Made by a program: the position numbers and the translations under genes
DNA from: Macrostomum lignano
Lineage: Eukaryota
DNA length: 64,000 nucleotides
Direction: 5' to 3'
NCBI GenBank assembly: GCA_002269645.1
Contig: NIVC01002602.1
Span: 93,850-157,849, forward strand
Part shown: one piece after another, positions 60,728 through 64,000 of the stretch
How positions within the stretch are numbered: position 1 is the first letter of the stretch
How the letters are laid out: each line of letters opens with the position of its first letter
Notes under the pieces: generated by a model
Database searches by the model: none
What the model was told of the DNA's origin: nothing
The model's input: only the letters and a program-made list of their open reading frames with translations

Positions 60728-63269
60728 AGTTGGCATGTTGGTATGTAGTTGGTATGTTGGTATGGAGTTGGTATGCAGTTGGCATGCAGTTGGTATGGAG
60801 TTGGTATGCAGTTGGCATGCAGTTGGTATGGAGTTGGTATGCAGTTGGCATGCAGTTGGTATGGAGTTGGTATGCAGTTGGCATGTTGGTATGGAGTTGG
60901 TATGCAGTTGGCATATTGGTATGGAGTTGGTATGTTGGTATGGAGTTGGTATGCAGTTGGCATACAGTTGGTATGGAGTTGGTATACAGTTGGCATACAG
61001 TTGGTATGCAGTTGGCATGTTGGTATGGAGTTGGTATGCAGTTGGCATGCAGTTGGTATATAGTTGGTATAGAGTTGGTATGCAGTTGGTATGCAGTTGG
61101 CATGCAGTTGGTATATAGTTGGTATAGAGTTGGTATGCAGTTGGTATGCAGTTGGTATGGAGTTGGTATGGTGTTGGTATGCAGTTGGCATGTTGGTATG
61201 TAGTTGGTATGCAGTTGGCATACAGTTGGTATGGAGTTGGTATGCAGTTAGCATGTTGGTATGGAGTTGGTATGCAGTTGGCATGTTGGTATGGAGTTGG
61301 TATGCAGTTGGCATACAGTTGGTATGGTGTTGGTATACAGTTGGCATGTTGGAATATAGTTGGTATGGTCGTATGGAGTTGGTATGCAGTTGGCATGTTG
61401 GAATATAGTTGGTATGGAGTTGGTATGCAGTTGGTATGCAGTTGGCATGTTGGCATATAGTTGGTATAGAGTTGGTATGCAGTTGGCATGCAGTTGGTAT
61501 GTAGTTGGTATGCAGTTGGCATGCAGTTGGTATGTAGTTGGTATGCAGTTGGTATGCAGTTGGTATGCAGTTGGCATGTTGGTATATAGTTGGTATAGAG
61601 TTGGTATGCAGTTGGTATGCAGTTGGCATGCAGTTGGTATGTAGTTGGTATGCAGTTGGCATGTTGGTATGGAGTTGGTATGCAGTTGGTATGGAGTTGG
61701 TATGCAGTTGGTATGGAGTTGGTATGCAGTTGGCATATTGGTATGGAGTTGATATGGTGTTTGTATACAGTTGGTATACAGTTGGTATACAGTTGGCATG
61801 TCAGTATGGAGTTGGTATGCCATTGGTGTGCAGTTGGCCATAATCTCACCTCTGGACACACATGTTAGAAGCTGTATTTAAATCTCAGTGTGCAACCTTT
61901 TTTATATATAAGGTTGATATATATAAAACCTATATAAACATATTTCTCTGACACTAGTTACTAGATTTCTTAAAAACTATAAACCTTCTATAGGTATCAG
62001 TTTCTAGAACAAAATTTTGATTAATGAATGAATGAAATGGCAAGTTTTTAAAAGCAATTGTAACAAATAATTTAGGGATTTACTTTGGAAAGTCAGATTG
62101 GAGTTAAGACTAATTTTATTTGAGCTTCAACTTACAACAATTTTTAAGCTTACTGGCAAATTTACAATTAGAATTTTAAGAGAAAATAAACCTTGCCTAA
62201 AAGTATAAATCTATACATATTTTTTGTCAAACAAAAGCAAAAATATTTCAAATTATAAGCCTCTTTTCTTGGAGCATGCCAAAAATTCACTTTTTTCAAA
62301 TTTTGCCTTAAGTGATTCTTTTGTTTTATATTTAATGCCCACAATGGCTTTATTATATTCTATCCATATCTTTATCCTTCATTTCTATATAAGACTTGAT
62401 AGGTTTATGTTTCCTGGTTTCTACATTGAAATATTTGTAGTGAACATTATTTTTTTCAAGTAAAGTAAATACTTTTTGATTTATCTAAGCAAATATATTG
62501 GGAATATAATATAGCCTTAAATAAAAGAGTATACAATTATACACTATGTAGATTTTTTATTTTTTAAGGCTGGCATGCTAAATCTAACTTCACGTGGGCA
62601 CTTTGAAATAGTAAAATGGAGAAAACAGTTATACCATAGGGTAATCCTCAACCTTGATCATTTTTATACAAAATCTGAAAATGTTGGCAAATATACATAT
62701 GGCATCTTGATTATTATATTTCCATCTGCATATACATGTTTAGATGTATACATGCATCCAAATTTTGACGAAAAACCCTGATCCATACAACACAAATACT
62801 TCAGCATTGGAAAAGCAACAGTTTCTCTTTTTAAAAACCTTGCAACCCTAAGTGACAGTGTCACAAATGTCCGAGACAAAACAATATGTTGCACGATTTA
62901 AAACGGATAGTTTTATTTTCCAATGATTCACTAAAAGCTTGAACTTTTAACTTCAACTAAAATGTACAAATACTTGAGGTTCGTCTCCTTGTACGCTTTT
63001 AATACCTCAGTGAACTATTTAGCACACTGCAGCTAATCGTTGTACACGATGCATGTGCACGCTACGCGATAAAAGCCATAATTTGAAAGTCTGGAACGAG
63101 TGCACAAAAACAAAATTTCAAAATTAAAACTATGCATGGACTGCTTTATTTCATTAAATATGAATTAGGAAGTGTCCTAGACAAATTTAATGCTTGTTCC
63201 TAACCGTACGACAGAAACTAAAGTGTCTGTAGAAGTGTCTGAATAAGTGTCGGCGAATGTTTCATACGT
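60728..63269 (-). repeat. Right terminal inverted repeat (about 1.1-kb 11-bp array 60728-61830 plus unique part)
   Basis: Array unit TATG(C/G)AGTTGG; the unique part mirrors 51934-53380 (also visible as mirrored ORFs 52741/62224 and 52422/62575). Confidence 0.9.
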
Positions 63270-64000
63270 CAAAAATACGATTCTCGATGTAATGCCTATT
63301 TAAAAACTAAAACACCGTATGAAGAAACTGGGAGCCCTCTAATCAAAACTTAAAACAAACAAATAAAACCAAAAAAACCTATCAATAAAGGCTAAAATAA
63401 AAATATACCAAAAAGTGCATGTATAGGCTCTATAGGTTCAATTCTTGTAAATTTTAACGATATTATCACTATAGTGTACTTTGGCTTTGGTGAGTACGAA
63501 GCTGAAAGCTGAGATCTGGAAGGAAAACGCGCATTATCTGGAAGGAATTATCTGCAGGGCATTATCTGGAAGAAGAAGGCATTATCTGGAAGGAAACATT
63601 ATCAATCTAGAAGCCTGCAAGACGTCAAAGCTCCATCTGTTCCATACTCGAACTTACAGACTCCAAGTTCCCCTGCTTAGTACATTAATATGCAGAAAGT
63701 AGGCCTACTTTAGTGTACTTTGGCAAAAACCATTGTGAGTACAAAGCTCACAATGCGATTTAAAATAGGTAATTAAGCATTATTCTGTCAATGAAAAATA
63801 TTGAGTATAAGGATTGCTCATAATATTTGGCTTATTATAACGAAGAGCTTGCGTGCACGGCCGCCGTTCACGTAAGCTCAGAATTGGCACGGCAGAGCTA
63901 TATCTTATAGGCTTATACAGTAAGTCATATACTATTCGAATTAATATTCAAGTTAACAAAAAAACAATGAATTAAGATTTACATTTGCAGTCCATGGTGT

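Larger units (their letters stand above)
51934..63269 (-). mobile_element. Foldback-type Mutator (MULE)/NOF-like DNA transposon, 11.3 kb
   Basis: Ends ACGTATGAAACATTCGCCGAC (51934) and GTCGGCGAATGTTTCATACGT (63269) begin about 1.45-kb near-identical inverted arms that continue into inverted 11-bp arrays. Flanks CCAAAATA/CAAAAATA (8 bp, 1 mismatch) are a possible TSD. Contains an internal DDE transposase ORF. Confidence 0.88.

Noticed and set aside
60526-61868. Long PTAYQLHTN/MQLVCSW ORFs (also 53323-53732)
   Set aside because: Products of the 11-bp TIR arrays; no coding evidence.

Overview
Eukaryotic (metazoan) genomic DNA with spliced genes whose introns are packed with tandem minisatellites; this style resembles free-living flatworm (Macrostomum-like) genomes, which is an inference only. 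From left to right: (1) a 4-exon GT32/DXD glycosyltransferase on + (1122-3716) with an in-frame TAA replacing a conserved Gln; (2) a multi-exon PLEKHG7-like DH-PH RhoGEF on - (5088-18665, probably to about 23976), in which two exons are each bracketed by the same minisatellite in inverted orientation; (3) an approximately 9-kb tandem duplication holding an intact HEMK1 (25425-29493) and a degenerate copy lacking the last exon (34973-39681) with a TA-flanked MITE, plus amplified non-coding modules; (4) a 2-exon SLBP on - (45090-46389); (5) an 11.3-kb foldback-type Mutator/NOF-like DNA transposon (51934-63269) with about 1.45-kb near-identical TIRs plus inner 11-bp arrays, an open 778-aa DDE transposase ORF, a downstream USP (C19) deubiquitinase domain and a convergent ORF with an F-box-like segment. 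No rRNA, full tRNA or CRISPR array was found. Most ORF-track entries are translations of tandem repeats. All gene models were read by hand from splice signals and motif recall; no database search was run.
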